A stretch of DNA of 61,985 nucleotides, filler included, from Choristocarpus tenellus KU-1152 (lineage: Eukaryota; Protista; Phaeophyceae): assembly GCA_964200185.2 (NCBI GenBank). It is 14 parts of 14 records of this genome, joined end to end, with 100 filler letters (N's around TTAATTAATTAA, not from the genome) between each part and the next. Parts side by side here need not be neighbours in the genome. Positions count along the whole stretch, not along the records: positions 40,987 to 44,435 come from CAXNAD020019955.1; positions 44,536 to 47,703 come from CAXNAD020021818.1; positions 47,804 to 50,892 come from CAXNAD020022397.1; positions 50,993 to 56,994 come from CAXNAD020009197.1; 10 more parts are not named here. One strand, given 5' to 3'. Position numbers and translations under genes: made by a program. The notes under the pieces were generated by a model, which was given only the letters and a program-made list of their open reading frames with translations, was not told the DNA's origin and made no database searches. Of the stretch, positions 41,217 to 54,278 are shown one piece after another (position 1 is the first letter of the stretch; each line of letters opens with the position of its first letter).

Positions 41217-42124
41217 TCAAAGCTCTATTCCTTCAAGGTACGCTCCAAGAATGCATTGGGCTGGGGGGAATTTGGACCACCCTCGTTCCCCTTGGTGCTC
41301 AACCCCCTTCCACCCTGCAAGTCACCTGAACTGCTTCAGCGGGGGGTGACTAGGCTAGTCATTGGTATGCTGCCCCCACCCGGATCAGGACTTGTGCTGG
41401 GTTTCGAGCTTCACATGTAAGTCGTGAAAGTAAGGGAGGAAACATAAGTGGGGAGGGGGAGCTACATCTAGCTGTGCTTGGCTAATACTTGAACCCACCA
41501 CCTCAGAAACCACCAACCCAATCCTACGATCAAGCCATCCCTCAACCGGGGGAAAGTACATTTTTGTTGTATATTGCCCCCACCCTCCCCCATGCTTCTT
41601 CTTGCATCCATGATCGGAACATTAATGTTGCCCTGTATCCATAGTGAGTGTGGTCTGTGCCATGAGCAATGCTACTAATAATTCATAGGGAAGAAAATCA
41701 TAGGCTGCGGCTGGCACAGCAGGTACACTGAAAGTGATTGTCTTTGCCACTGATTGACACCAGGTGCTCTTGATAAAATACAGCAACACCCCCCAACCAC
41801 TCCATCCTATCTTCCCCTTACTTCTTCTCCTGGAGGTGCACTGTTCTTCCAGGTACATCCCTGGGTGACGAGAACTGGGAAGTTGTTGGTGGGGTGGGAT
41901 CTGTCCTGAGAGCCAGAGGTGGTGCAATTGATATTAGTGGAGTTTGCACTGGAGCCAGCCCTGAGCCTGGGACTTGCAGCGAGAGAATATCTACTACTCA
42001 GCATGCACTTTGGGACCTACGACCAAGCACACCTTACCGTTTCAAAGTTCGGGCTAAGACTGTCTTTGGGTGGAGTCCAATGAGCAAGCCAAGCCAAGCA
42101 TTCTGTACAAAACGGCGATTTTGA
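41217..42124 (+). CDS. Fibronectin type III repeat protein, last exons
   Basis: Exons ~41217-41416 (YSFKVRSKNALGWGEFGPPS) and 41836-42124 (LRPSTPYRFKVRAKTVFGWSPMSKPS...*). Confidence 0.8.
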
Positions 42125-45100
42125 AGCCAAGGATGGCGTTGTCTGACCTGCAACTTGCGAGGAGATATTTGTTCCAAGCATGGTGAGTCCTTGCATGGGG
42201 TGCTATGCAAATATCATGGGTGCCAATAAGCAATGTGCAGTGAATTACTTGCAGTAGAAAGAGGTGTCGACTGGGCGGCCACCAACGTTTTTTTTCTCTT
42301 TGGCATACTGTAGTGAAAACGCCTCAACACTATGTGTACGTGTTTAGCACATCTCGAAGTACATGGCTGTATCTTTACCCTCAGTGTGAAGTGTTTTTTG
42401 CAATACTGTACACGCTACTGCACAAGCATTATCTCTGAGCGGGAAGGATGAAGTCGACTGCTGCCTACTATACCTGCATGTTGCTGCACTCAGCTTGTCC
42501 AAGGATGTTGGAAAACATTTTCTCCCTCATTTTGCTGGATCTTCTCTTCTCAACACAAATATTTTTCTCCCTGCTTGGTTCTGCTGTCGTCACCCTAACC
42601 ATAGAGTGGAAGAAGTCAGTGGTGATGCAATGGGTCAGAGGCCTTCGTGGCCAATTCCATTATGGCAATGATCACCTTCATCATCACAAATATGATTAAA
42701 CTGGCGGTGGAGATTTCGGGTAGTAAGTAAGCTATTGGTCCAGGAAGACAACCAGGAAGAAAGATGTGACAAAGACAGGGATACATTAAGACAAGCAAGA
42801 GCATACTTTGTTGGTCTATTTGATACCCTCTTCACATGTCGCCCATCACATCATCATGCTCGTCAACTCAAGGAAAAGACCAATGACAAAGTTGTTAAAG
42901 ACTGTGTGTGATAAATCCTTTGATCTAAGACAGATTGTGCCGTCTACTTTGTGTTGGGCATCCGTGCTCTTTTCTCTCAGGGACTTGCTGCCACAAATGC
43001 TAAACCTTTGACTAATGATTTATGGTACGATAAAGACCCTGTATCATACCCGCAGCCATTACACTTAGCTTTTCCCAACCAAATCGTACCCTCCATTTTC
43101 TCTCACCTAGCCTTCTTTCTGAGGCACTGCACATTTAATTAATTGCAAACAATACCAACCTGGCTGACCAATCACTTTCACTCAAGTTTTCCCCTTTCAC
43201 CGTGCACCCAATATCCTCATATCTATCTCCCTCCACAGAAGCTTAATAGCAGGGGTTGGGGTGGTGTCTTGTGCTTAATTAAGTCTGCCTACTTAACTAG
43301 AGCTTTGCTGGACCCATGTGGGTTACAATGTGGTTTTGATACTTCAATGCAATTCATGGTAGTTCGAAACCTATTAACAACATATGATTAGCATATCAAA
43401 CAGAAACTATACACTGTGTTTTGAACCTCCCAATGCTGTGAAATATGCTGAGCACTGCCTACAAGCTTGCCCAGTCCAGGTGAACACTTTCATACACGTT
43501 CGTTATCTATTGAACTGAAATCCCAAACAAAAAGGGCGTACAGTCTTCAATACGTCCATACCATATAGTGTAAGTGAAGGGGTGATTAAAACGTCTCAAG
43601 GGGTTGTTTTAGGTTTGGGAATCTTTTGTCGGGCTGCCAGGAACGGCATGACAAATCTTCAATATGGGACCTCTCGGTGGGGTTGGCGAGGAAACCTTTT
43701 CTAGAAGCTCAGAGAATGGAAATTTATTTGCGTATGGGCCGTGCTTGGTTTGAATTGTAAGGGTTTATCGGCAGCATTAGGCTTGGCTTGGGAGTGCTCA
43801 CTTGTGACATAGGATGTTTGTGGGATAAATGTCGCCTTTGTACACCTACCTGTTGTTCTTGCTTGAGTTTAGATTTTTCTGCTTGGAAGATGGAAAAGAG
43901 TATATGCCTTCAGGAATGAGCGTTCTGTTTCAAAGATGTCTTGAAGAACTGATGGACTTGTTGAACTCTTTGAGGATTAAGTTGTGCCTGGGATATCCCC
44001 AAAACCTTATTAGAGGATGTCAAACCAGACTTCGCAGAGTGAGAACCTAACCTTGGGTTGGTCTTGGTTTGACTTTTCCATCTGGGTGGGTCCCATCTAA
44101 TCTGACAGTGCTATCTTGATGTAGTTTTCTGGTCCAGCTGGGTTCCATCAAATGTGGTAATGCTGAGAGTCCATCAGCAACCTGTGTGCAACAACTGCAG
44201 GGTATATGATGGCATGTGCCTGACTAGAAAGTAACGTAACCACCCTAGACAAAGATTTAGCCCTTCTTCTGTAAACTGTTCTTGGAATTCTTGTATCAAC
44301 ACCATGGAGATTACCCTTCCCTTCCAAGAAGGCACGATTGAGCTCAGTCAGTACCTTGCTCAATCTACTTGTTCTACCATTACAACCTGCCAGTGTTCTA
44401 TCACACACGGCTACAGGGTCAACGTATCTGGGGGGNNNNNNNNNNNNNNNNNNNNNNNNNNNNNNNNNNNNNNNNNNNNTTAATTAATTAANNNNNNNNN
44501 NNNNNNNNNNNNNNNNNNNNNNNNNNNNNNNNNNNGGTGGCTTTTGGAAGGAAAGAGCTTGGCGTCGTGGGGGAGGTAGGAGGGGGGGGGAGGGAGGGAG
44601 GGAGGGAGGAAAAAGTTGCTTGCTTTGAGTGGAAAGGAAGGACAAGTCCTATGTTATCATACTTGCAAACACGATGTGACTAATGTGATTTTCGGAATAT
44701 ATACATTATGGATATGTATGTGTGTGTGCAGAAGAGATTAACGTGTGATGGTTATATATATATATATATATATATATAATGCTCTCTGCCTACAAGTCTC
44801 TGACCTCTGACCAGGGTATGAAACAGGAACCGGTTGCAGAACGTTCTGGTAAATTTCTGGTTCCACCAGGTAAAGAGTTGGGATCATTGGCAGGTGGTGT
44901 ATGTTGGTTTATGGTTTTTTTTTTACATTGTAAGGTACCATATTTGTAAATTTTGTCATTGAATTTTTGCTCAATGCGGTGGAAACCATTTTTTTCTTTT
45001 CCTGTTGCCTCCCGACCCTCGCACACGCCACACAAGGTGATTCAAGCTTTTCCTTTGGATGGGAAGGGACCTGCTCACTGTCTCAAGAAGTTTAAGGAAT

Positions 45101-45177
45101 GGATTGATGGGTTTGATCCAATCATGGACCAGGTACATGGGTACAATCAGAAATCAACACTGGCCTACTGCTCCTGT

Positions 45178-45306
45178 TGTTGTACTTTCACTAATACTTC
45201 TAATGGTACTTTCACTAGTACTTGTATTTTTTCTTGTACTTATACTTACACTTACACTTGTACTTGTAATGGTACTTGCACTTGCACTTACACTTGTACT
45301 TGTACA
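45178..45306. repeat. (ACTTGT/ACTTAC)n hexamer microsatellite
   Basis: Direct inspection; source of the CTCT/VLVL ORFs. Confidence 0.85.
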
Positions 45307-46387
45307 TGTGCACAATTGAATTTCTTACTACTATTTTTGAGTGATTGCAAGGGGCGGTGGTTCTTTCGCCACTTTTTTCCCTCTTCAAACTTACATTCTC
45401 TTAATTCAAGAGAAAATTGTTTAGCGAGTTTTGAAGAGCTACAGATTTTCTTGTTATTTTATTCTTCTTTTATATCGGAACCCCTGTTTTGTTTTTATTA
45501 TTTTTTTGTAACCCCCTTGTGTTAGAAAAATAAAACTAAAAACAAAAACAAAAAAATATGTAGGTTAGGTTAGTTGTCACTTGGCGCCCTGCCCTGTCCC
45601 TCCCTTCTAGGTGGGTTGTCTCTTTGCTGTATTGAATGTCATGTGGTGTTGTAACTCTTCAGACTGAGTGAGTGCGGCGAATTGAAAGCGTAGTTATTGT
45701 ACTTAGTTTTTCTTGTGTACATCTCTACATTCTCTAGTACCACGTTTCTTGAACCAGCGGTCCGTTTAGAGTGGACCGTGGTGAAAACCTTATTTTTGAT
45801 GAGGTACCACGGTGGGGTACTTGCAACAACAATAGGTTCAGCATCGCTGTCTTGTTACCTCTTTTGCTCTAGTGCGCAGCTCGAATTGGGTGGAGAAAGA
45901 ATAATAGTGAAGTACTCGGTTGGTATCATCAGGTTCATGTTTTGTAAACTGAACCTTGTGAAAAAAAAGGTCAAAAACTGTCTGTGAGTTTGTTTCTTCT
46001 TTTTTAACCCCTGACCGGGTTGTGGAGGTTGGTGATGTCATATCATCGGATCCTTTTTTTTTCAAGATCAGTCCAGGGCTGTTGGAGGTTTCAGCTGGAC
46101 TGGACCACAAGAAATATTAAATATATATATATGGTGATCCACTGTTGTAAACTGAACCGGGCTACATCCCAATTTTTTTGTTCAATTTAAACATGTAGAT
46201 GGGATGGATCCAGGCTCTTCAACAGTCGATTAATTATATTGTAGTATGGTGATGAGAGTCTATGCTCAAAAGAACGGATTAAAATGAAACGAAACTCATT
46301 CCCACAAGTATTTTGGACATTTTGAGTATTGACCCGGTTTATATTTTGACTGGGTCGGTCAGTTTAAGCAAGAACCGTCGGAGATTT

Positions 46388-46431
46388 GAACCGAACCGAA
46401 CCGAACCGAACCGAACCGAACCGAACCGAAC
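46388..46431. repeat. (GAACC)n pentamer repeat
   Basis: About 8 perfect units. Confidence 0.9.
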
Positions 46432-46664
46432 TGGTCCGAGGATAGGCCTTCGGTTCCGGTCCGGTTAAGTGCCAGTCTGGTGGAAAGCCCTGGTTGAAAA
46501 TATCTCTTTTCCCATGCTGTCCCCATTTATTGTGATGTTGAAATTGTTAGCATCACGCAACGGTAGTGTATGGAACTCCAATGGTTACATGCAATATAAT
46601 CGGGTGTGTGATCTGTAGTGGTGAAGGTGAGATGGAATTGCGACATTTTTTTTTTGTAATATTC

Positions 46665-46801
46665 TGAAGAATAAAGTACTGTGATGGAGTACATATTGAT
46701 GAAGTACTGTGATGGAGTATCTTGGTGAAGTACCTTGATGAAGTACATATTGGTGAAGTACATTGATGAAGTATCGTGATGAAGTACCTTTGATAAAGTA
46801 C
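46665..46801. repeat. Degenerate GATGAAGTAC minisatellite
   Basis: About 9 imperfect units. Confidence 0.75.
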
Positions 46802-47261
46802 CCTACTGGAGCGGTTCTACTGTATACTGGTACCACTGAAGCGCAGGTTCTGTGGTCCTTGAAGTTCAACTTACTGAAGTTGTCCAACCAAGGTGTGAAA
46901 AAAACCTACGGCATGTATGAACCAGCTACATTTCTTCAAATTTGCACTGAGAACTTTTGAAAAAGAACAAAAAAGTCTTCCATCCCTTTTTTGGAACAAA
47001 TTCAGATTGGTCGGCGTCCCCACCTATAAAAAAAAGAAAATCAAAACACTGAATAAAATGTCCTGAATTTCATTTTGAGTTATGTAGGGTTGGGATGGTA
47101 TCAGTTTTTTTTTCTTTTTTTTCTTTTGAACTATCTGTTTTACTTATTTCTTATTCAAAACTGTTTTACTTCATTTGTACTTGACCGTTCTAATTTATTT
47201 ATTTTTTACTTCTTTTTTTATTTAACACCGATAGGAGGGTGGAGTGACGTTTGATTATTAC

Positions 47262-47502
47262 GAGCATAAGTATCTTAGGGTTAGGGTAGAGACACGTCTG
47301 TTTGGGGGCCAAGATCCAATGTTGCGATTTTGATTTAATTTTTGCTATTGTGTCCGCTAGGAAATGTCGATTTCGTAAGGTATACATTATACCCGCTCCT
47401 ACACATTTTGGAGTAGGTAAAATGTCATTAAAAACTCATGGGAAGTCAAGCCCCAAACGGATAAACAGGGCAATACTCGTACTCTCTAAGGCAGTTTCAC
47501 TC
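47262..47502. mobile_element. MITE family A, diverged
   Basis: Near-TSD TTAC/TCAC; both TIRs recognisable. Confidence 0.85.
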
Positions 47503-49691
47503 TCACCTTTTGTTTTAATGAGGAGGGTTTGGTTGATTCCAGACATCGGCATGATGTATACACTACACATGGACATGGACATGGACATCACACAAGCTTC
47601 AAGAAGGCCTTCAAATTAACTGTGGCTGAATGAAGCCTATCCCCCCCCCCCCCCCTTTAAAACAGTGACACAAAAAAGATTTTTTACTCCCCCTCTTTCG
47701 TCANNNNNNNNNNNNNNNNNNNNNNNNNNNNNNNNNNNNNNNNNNNNTTAATTAATTAANNNNNNNNNNNNNNNNNNNNNNNNNNNNNNNNNNNNNNNNN
47801 NNNCAAATGGACAGCCACCCCCACCCCCCCAGATACTTTGAGCCCGAACACCATGCATGTAGTAGTAGTATAGCTCAAGTTTTTATCAGGCTTGGGAAAG
47901 AAAGTTTTGTTGTTGGAACCACCCCTGTCTGTGCCGAAGTTGGCTTTAGTGAATAAAGTTATTTTATTGCAAAGAACCGTATCGTGTTTGCTGCAGGGCA
48001 GTGTTGTTGATTTTCGTGCCTCACAAACTACAGTTCACTGTCTCTTTTGATTATATATATTTCGGTGCGGGGAGGGTTGGTCCTCATCTGGAGTTGCTCT
48101 CTGTAATCTCTTACTGGAGCTACATACTGGCACAATACATACTCTATTATTGGGTAGCTGCCAAACCTGATGCTGACGTATGTATATGGGTCAATAGTCT
48201 TCACTGTAAATCTTGAAAGGCATGTACAGATTGAACCTACAGGTTCTGACTAATTCTGTCAGTGGCTAATATGTAGAGAGAGATCAACTGTAAATATTCA
48301 ACAGATAGCAATTTCTGCATCAGAAGAAAGCAGGGGAGGGTGACGGTGCTTAATCGACTCAATGAGTGGGAAATTTGCATATTCTCATTAATTGGGTATC
48401 GCTGGTACCACAGGCCTGCTACATGTATATTAGTACTATTATTTCAGTGTGCTAGACTCTGTCTACTACGAAATAGATACTGTACACTCCGGAGTAATAT
48501 TATGCCCACCGAGACATTGAGGGGATTGTCATGCAAATATATATATATATATATGTATATAAAGGGCAGAAGGCAATAATACACGTAGTACCATAATACA
48601 GACCGGAGAAGAGGAAATATTATGAAAAAAATACCAACACAACAACGACAGGAGTGGACTACCAGATTGCAAGCACCAACTACTCTTGCTGAAGTTACGG
48701 AAAACAGTAGACAAGAAAACAAAGAAAATCAACTCCTAAAAAAATAGACTAAATATATATACATATCGTAGATCGTCAAACTTACACCGTGCTGTATGTG
48801 ATGGATAATGAATTAAGTGTGGAATTTAAAGCTTAACTCGGCCCTATTTTCTACGAGGAATACAACCATCACCATCCTGTAGACTAATTCCTCCGACTGT
48901 AGAAAACGTATTTTTGTATATACCAGAAGACATCAACCAGATAACGCCTCTCTGGGGTAGAAACTGGAAGAGGCCTTACTACTAATCCTGAATGGTGGGG
49001 TAAGCCCTTTCAACTTACTTCTACTGATTTGTCTGGTAGAGATCTATCCTCCACCCTACTTTAGTGCCGTGTGCAGCGTGCCATAGCAAGTACATTTCGA
49101 ACGCCTGCTCGAAACTTAAAAAACATTTTACAGAAACTTCCATATATGTGTGTGTATGTGTGTCTGTACGAGTGGTAGAAGAATGCTACAATATGGGTGG
49201 GCTACAATTGTAACACGTAACCTTTTCCCTACCTGGAAAATAACGCATTATGTTCCCTTCGATAATAGGACACAACATGAAATCTTCGTATAATCCCCCA
49301 TTTTTACGTTATTATTCTCCTGCCCCACTTCAACCAGTTTTACCCCAAGAAAGAAGATGACAGTAACGACTGCACCACCCTTCGGTGACAGTGCCAGAAG
49401 TCAGTTGAAGATTACAACCAGTTCCATTTAGCGTACCCTAAAAGAACTCATTCTTAGGGAGAGAGCACAGGACATTCACACCAGCGTGGGTGGAGACTTG
49501 TCTACGGCGTGGGGTTTGGTAACTCTGTTGGCGGACTACAAAACGCCAGTAGGGGTGCTGTCACACATATCTGAGGAACAGGTAGGTGGAGGAAGGCATA
49601 TTACCACTGCGTAGAGATAAAGTGGTATGTGTGTGGGAAAGGAGTAGAGGGAACGCCATGAAGTGCCTTCCAAGTGAGGGAACAAACTTGT

Positions 49692-49870
49692 GACTAAAAG
49701 TATCTGGGGGGGGGAAGGGGGGGTCAGCACCAGGGTGTCCATTTAGGCCATAACCAGGAAAGTGCACTTATTTTATCCATCCGACGTATGCAACCAAATC
49801 ACCGAAATATCGCGACTTAAAAAAATTGGCCCCAAATGGACAACCGCCGCCCGCCCAGATACTATGAGCC
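49692..49870. mobile_element. MITE family B, TSD TTGT
   Basis: GACTAAAAGTATCTGGGGG ... CCCAGATACTATGAGCC flanked by TTGT. Confidence 0.9.
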
Positions 49871-51041
49871 TTGTTTTTTCTATGTTCCTTCAGCCACACA
49901 TACATGTCTTCATCAGTCACTCCCTACAAGACAACAGGGAAACCCTATCAGTGAGAAAAGTAAGCAATAACATTGATGTGAGACTATACGCAATAAAGCT
50001 ACTGTTTGCAGGGATTGTGGCATGCATGGACAATGCTCATTCAAAAACATTGATGTTTGGGAAGCTTGCAGCTAAGAAAACGAAGATTATATCGACAAGG
50101 GGAGAAAAAGTAGTGGTGATCTCTTCAAGGTGACGTTGAGAGTTCAACTTTCCCAGGAAAAATGTGGTGTTTACTCCCAGATCCAAACCATTGATACTGG
50201 TGAGTGGAGAGTGGAGAATGGAGTCAGACGCTTCATGGACATCTACAATAGAATGCTAGGGATGCCGAGCCAGCCACAGATCATTGCATATAATAGTGCC
50301 CACAGTCATCTAGCACACATGATACTACCTGCGGAGCTTTGGGTTGGGTTCGGGGTCTGACCTTGGAAACCCTTCACAATAATATGTTACAGCACACTCC
50401 AGACCTCACCTCCACAGGATGTGCAACTCAAATCCAACAAACTTAAAACAACGATATGGGGGCGATACCTTTGATAACAGTTCTTGGGTGTCAGACAGCC
50501 TTCTCTCGATACTCCACTCAGTGCATAGCTCAAAGCTCGACTCAATATTTCGTTCAAGATAAAAGACTGTTAAAGAGGGGTGATGGATTGTGACCAAAAG
50601 CCCTTTTTATTATTTTCATCATCCACCTGTTTTCTTTAGACTTCTGTAGTTAAAGACCATCCGCAAACTGCTGTATACACAATCCAATCATAAACCTTCA
50701 TTCTGTAACTTCTAGGGACTGACTTTGACGTTTCTTCTGTAAGGTTACGTATGCATCACGAATCTTACTCTGCATCTTCTAAGGAATCAGCATTCGATCC
50801 AAAGTATCTGGGGGGGGGGGGGGGGGGGGGCGCCACTTAAAAAAAAGAAAAAAAAAAAAAGAGAGGGGGGGGGGGGTAGAGGGGTGTGTGCTNNNNNNNN
50901 NNNNNNNNNNNNNNNNNNNNNNNNNNNNNNNNNNNNTTAATTAATTAANNNNNNNNNNNNNNNNNNNNNNNNNNNNNNNNNNNNNNNNNNNNGGAAAATA
51001 TACCGGGTACAAGTAACACTGTGTACATACATCAAACCCAC

Positions 51042-51517
51042 CTCTCCACGCCGGTGGATGCTCTTGCGTTAGGTGTGCCTTTGCAAGCGTCGATGACATG
51101 ATTGGATATCCTGAACGATGCCTTGAAAAACTGCGTACAGACGGGAATGCCAGCCGCGAGCATAGATCCACCTCCAGGTCCCAACTTAATGACAGGTACA
51201 AGGTCGCCAACGAAGTGCTTGCGATCGCGGCGGTTCTCACACGCCCGGATGATGTCCTGCTCTTTGGCCAAGGTGCGTGCAAGGAAAGACTCGCCATCTG
51301 CCGCGAACTTCTTCACACAGGCTAAGCGCTTGCAGCAGTCACCCTGTTCGTTGACCGGGATGGGTTCAGCCCATCCTTGGTGAAGCTTGGTGCCGGTTGC
51401 TGAAGCGCCATTGGTAGGAAGCTCCAGCGCATCATTGTTGACAGGCTGGTGAGGGGGCAACACGGGGGGAGACGCAGGCGACAAAAGCCACCCCCTTGCT
51501 GTGGAAGCAACTGTCAT
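51042..51517 (-). CDS. Cys-rich exon, possibly N-terminus of a Sola-type transposase (rest off contig)
   Basis: 161-aa ORF with CCKRLACVKKF ... VCTQFFKASFRIS; plausible donor GAG|GTGGG; no DDE core visible. Confidence 0.35.
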
Positions 51518-51591
51518 GGTGTTTTCGGGCAGCAGGCGGTCTTGGGCAGTGAGAAGGTCTAGGAGTGATTATATTCGAAGGCGAGCATATG

Positions 51592-53030
51592 AACTTTGTT
51601 TGAGCCTCGGGCGATCGGTGGGACAATCCTGAGATCCATGATCCTGAAAATCCGTGCGTTACACTTTTTGGAAGTTGTAAATCCGATTATATCCGAGATT
51701 TCTATTGTAAAAAATCTGATTATATCCGTGATTTGTATTTTAAAAAATACAAATCACATATTTAATTGATATTGTACGTTTCCAACGTTCCGAAACCAAC
51801 TTTGTCTGAGCCTCTGGCGATCGGTGGGACCACCCTGAGATCCATGATCCTGAAAATCCGTGCGTTACACTTTTCGGAAGTTGTAAATCCGATTATATCC
51901 GTGATTTGTATTTTTTTAAATACAAAGCACATACTTAATTGATATTGTACGTTTCCAATGTTCCGAAATCAACTTTGTTTGAGCTCTGGGCTATCCACGG
52001 GACCACCCTGAGATCCATGATCCTGAAAATCCGTGTATTACGTTTTTAGGAAGTTGTAAATCCGATTATATCCGTACTTACAATTAAAAAAAAAAAATCG
52101 CATACTTCATTGATATTGTACCTTTCAAATGTTCCGAAACCAACTTTGTTTGAGCTCCGGGCGATCGGTGGGACTACCCTAAGATCCATGATCCTGAAAA
52201 TCCGTGCATTACGCTTTTCGGAAGTTATAAATCCGATTATATCCGACTTACAATTTTTTTAAATACAAAGCACATACTTCATTGATCTTGTATGTTTCCA
52301 ACGTTCTGAAACCAACTTTGTTTGAGCTCTGGGCTATCCGTGGGATCACCTTGAGATCCATGATCCTGAAAAACCGTGTATTACGTTTTTCGGAAGTTGT
52401 AAATCCGATTATATCCGTACTTACAAAATTTAAAAATACAAAGCACATACTTCATTGATCTTGTACGTTTCCAATGTTCAGAAACCAAAACTTAAAAAAA
52501 CAACTAGCACCCTCTAATTTTTTGAAGTACAAAATCTTACAAAATTGGACATTTGGATTCTTGTAAATTCTAGAGACGACAAAAAGGGGTTCTTTGAGTA
52601 AAACGGATCCGATCGGATTCCGTTTACCCTTGAACACCCAAAACACGTGCATTAGGATTTTTAGAAATAATAAATCCAGTAATAACCGTTCTTACAATTT
52701 TTGAAAATACAAAGCACGCTCTATATGGGTCTCACACGTTTCCAATTTTCAGAAACTAAAAGGTCACTTCCAACTGGTACCCACAATTTATTTAAATACT
52801 AAAACCGCTTTTTGGCGACTTTAGTATATTCTTAAAAATACTAGAGACGATAAAAAATCGGATCTATAGTTTTAAAGATCCGATCTGATCTCCTAAACCA
52901 TTCAAGAGCCAAAACACGTGCGTTAGGGTTTTTACGAAATAATAATGATATTCTAGTCTTTACATCAACAAATACAAATACAAACCACATCCTTCATTGA
53001 TCCATTACGTTTGAAACGTACGAAACGAAA
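51592..53030. repeat. Tandem array: five ~172-bp units then two diverged 271-bp units
   Basis: Marker motif GTTTCCAAyGTTChGAAAC (imperfect in some units) starts at 51778, 51951, 52122, 52294, 52467, 52738, 53009 (spacings 173, 171, 172, 173, 271, 271). Confidence 0.93.
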
Positions 53031-53672
53031 AGGTCACAAAAAAACAGCTACTCTCTGTCTCTTTTCAATACGAAATCGTATGTTGTTTGATATTCTTTTT
53101 TTTTTAACATAGTTCTCAACAGAAATACAAATATGAGTTTTGAGGACCGACCGACCAGATGAAATAAAGCAGCACCTCCCATACCTCAGTTCTCATTTCA
53201 ATTCATTCCCTTCTGTACATACCACGCGAACCTGTTATTTATCGATCCCCATCACACCCTCCCAATCTTCGCCATATCCAGCATTCCCTCAACAACAACC
53301 CACCCGCCCGCCGATGGCACTGCCCATGGATGGAGAACGTGGGACAGCAATCTGAAGTGCATGTCCTCGCTCCTAGAGCATCACTACCTCGGCACGTACC
53401 AGATAAAACTTGGCAACATCACATGCACGGAGATGGTGCGTCCCCTGAGCGAGCGTAGCCTTGCGCGCGTCAGCAAGTCTATACAGGAGAAAGGCTGGCT
53501 GGAGCAGTTTGCTCCATCTGTTGTAATCCAGCGAGACTGTTCAGGTAATGGGGACCAGCTCAATGCCGAAACTGCGCTTGCCATTCAACGACGTACACTG
53601 GACAGAAACCATAGAATAACGGTGCTGAAGAGAGAGAGTTTGATCCCGAACGTGCTTTCATGATGCGGATCT

Positions 53673-53931
53673 GAGTGAAACTATCTTAGAGGGTACGAGT
53701 TTTGCCCTATTTGTCAATTTGGGGCTTGGCTTCCCATGGGTTCTTTTATGACATTTTACTACTCCAAAATGTTTCGGAGTAGGTAAAATGTATACGTCCT
53801 GAAAAGGTGTGTCCGGAACATAGATATTGACACTTCCTAACAAACACAATAGCCAATATTACATCAAAATCGCAACATTGGATTTTGGGCCCCAAATGGA
53901 CGCGGCTCTACCCTCTAAGATAATTTAGCTC
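53673..53931. mobile_element. MITE family A in ParB-like exon, TSD ATCT
   Basis: ATCT at 53669-53672 and 53932-53935; removal restores FMMRIYMEFNQ. Confidence 0.93.
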
Positions 53932-53987
53932 ATCTACATGGAGTTCAACCAAGCAGAAGAGGGGCTAATTGCCAACGGTGGGTGATG

Positions 53988-54278
53988 GAGTGTTTTCGTT
54001 GTTCCATGATATCCTGATTATTCTGATCAACTAAGCAACAAAGTAAGTTGAGTGTTTTCGTTGTTCCATGATCGCCTGATTATTCTGATCAACTAAGCAA
54101 CAAAGTAGGTTGAGTGTTTTCATTGTTCCATGATCGCCTGAACATTCTGATCAACTAGGCAACAAAGTAAGTTGAGTGTTTTCGTTGTTCCATGATTGAC
54201 TGACTATTCTGATCAACTAAGAAACAAAGTATGTTGAGTGTTTTCGTTGTTCCATGATCACCTGATGACTATTCTGAT
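53988..54278. repeat. 62-bp intronic tandem repeat (~4.7 copies)
   Basis: Units start at 53988, 54050, 54112, 54174, 54236. Confidence 0.93.

Noticed and set aside
44953-45525. 190-aa Cys/Thr-repeat ORF
   Set aside because: Held open by a hexamer microsatellite; no domain signal.
44812-46492. hAT-like element with CAGGG termini and GAACC subterminal repeats
   Set aside because: TIR match is only about 5 bp and no 8-bp TSD is visible.
53988-54278. CRISPR array
   Set aside because: Variable parts are ~9 bp and related to each other, not unique spacers; no cas genes; lies in a spliceosomal intron.
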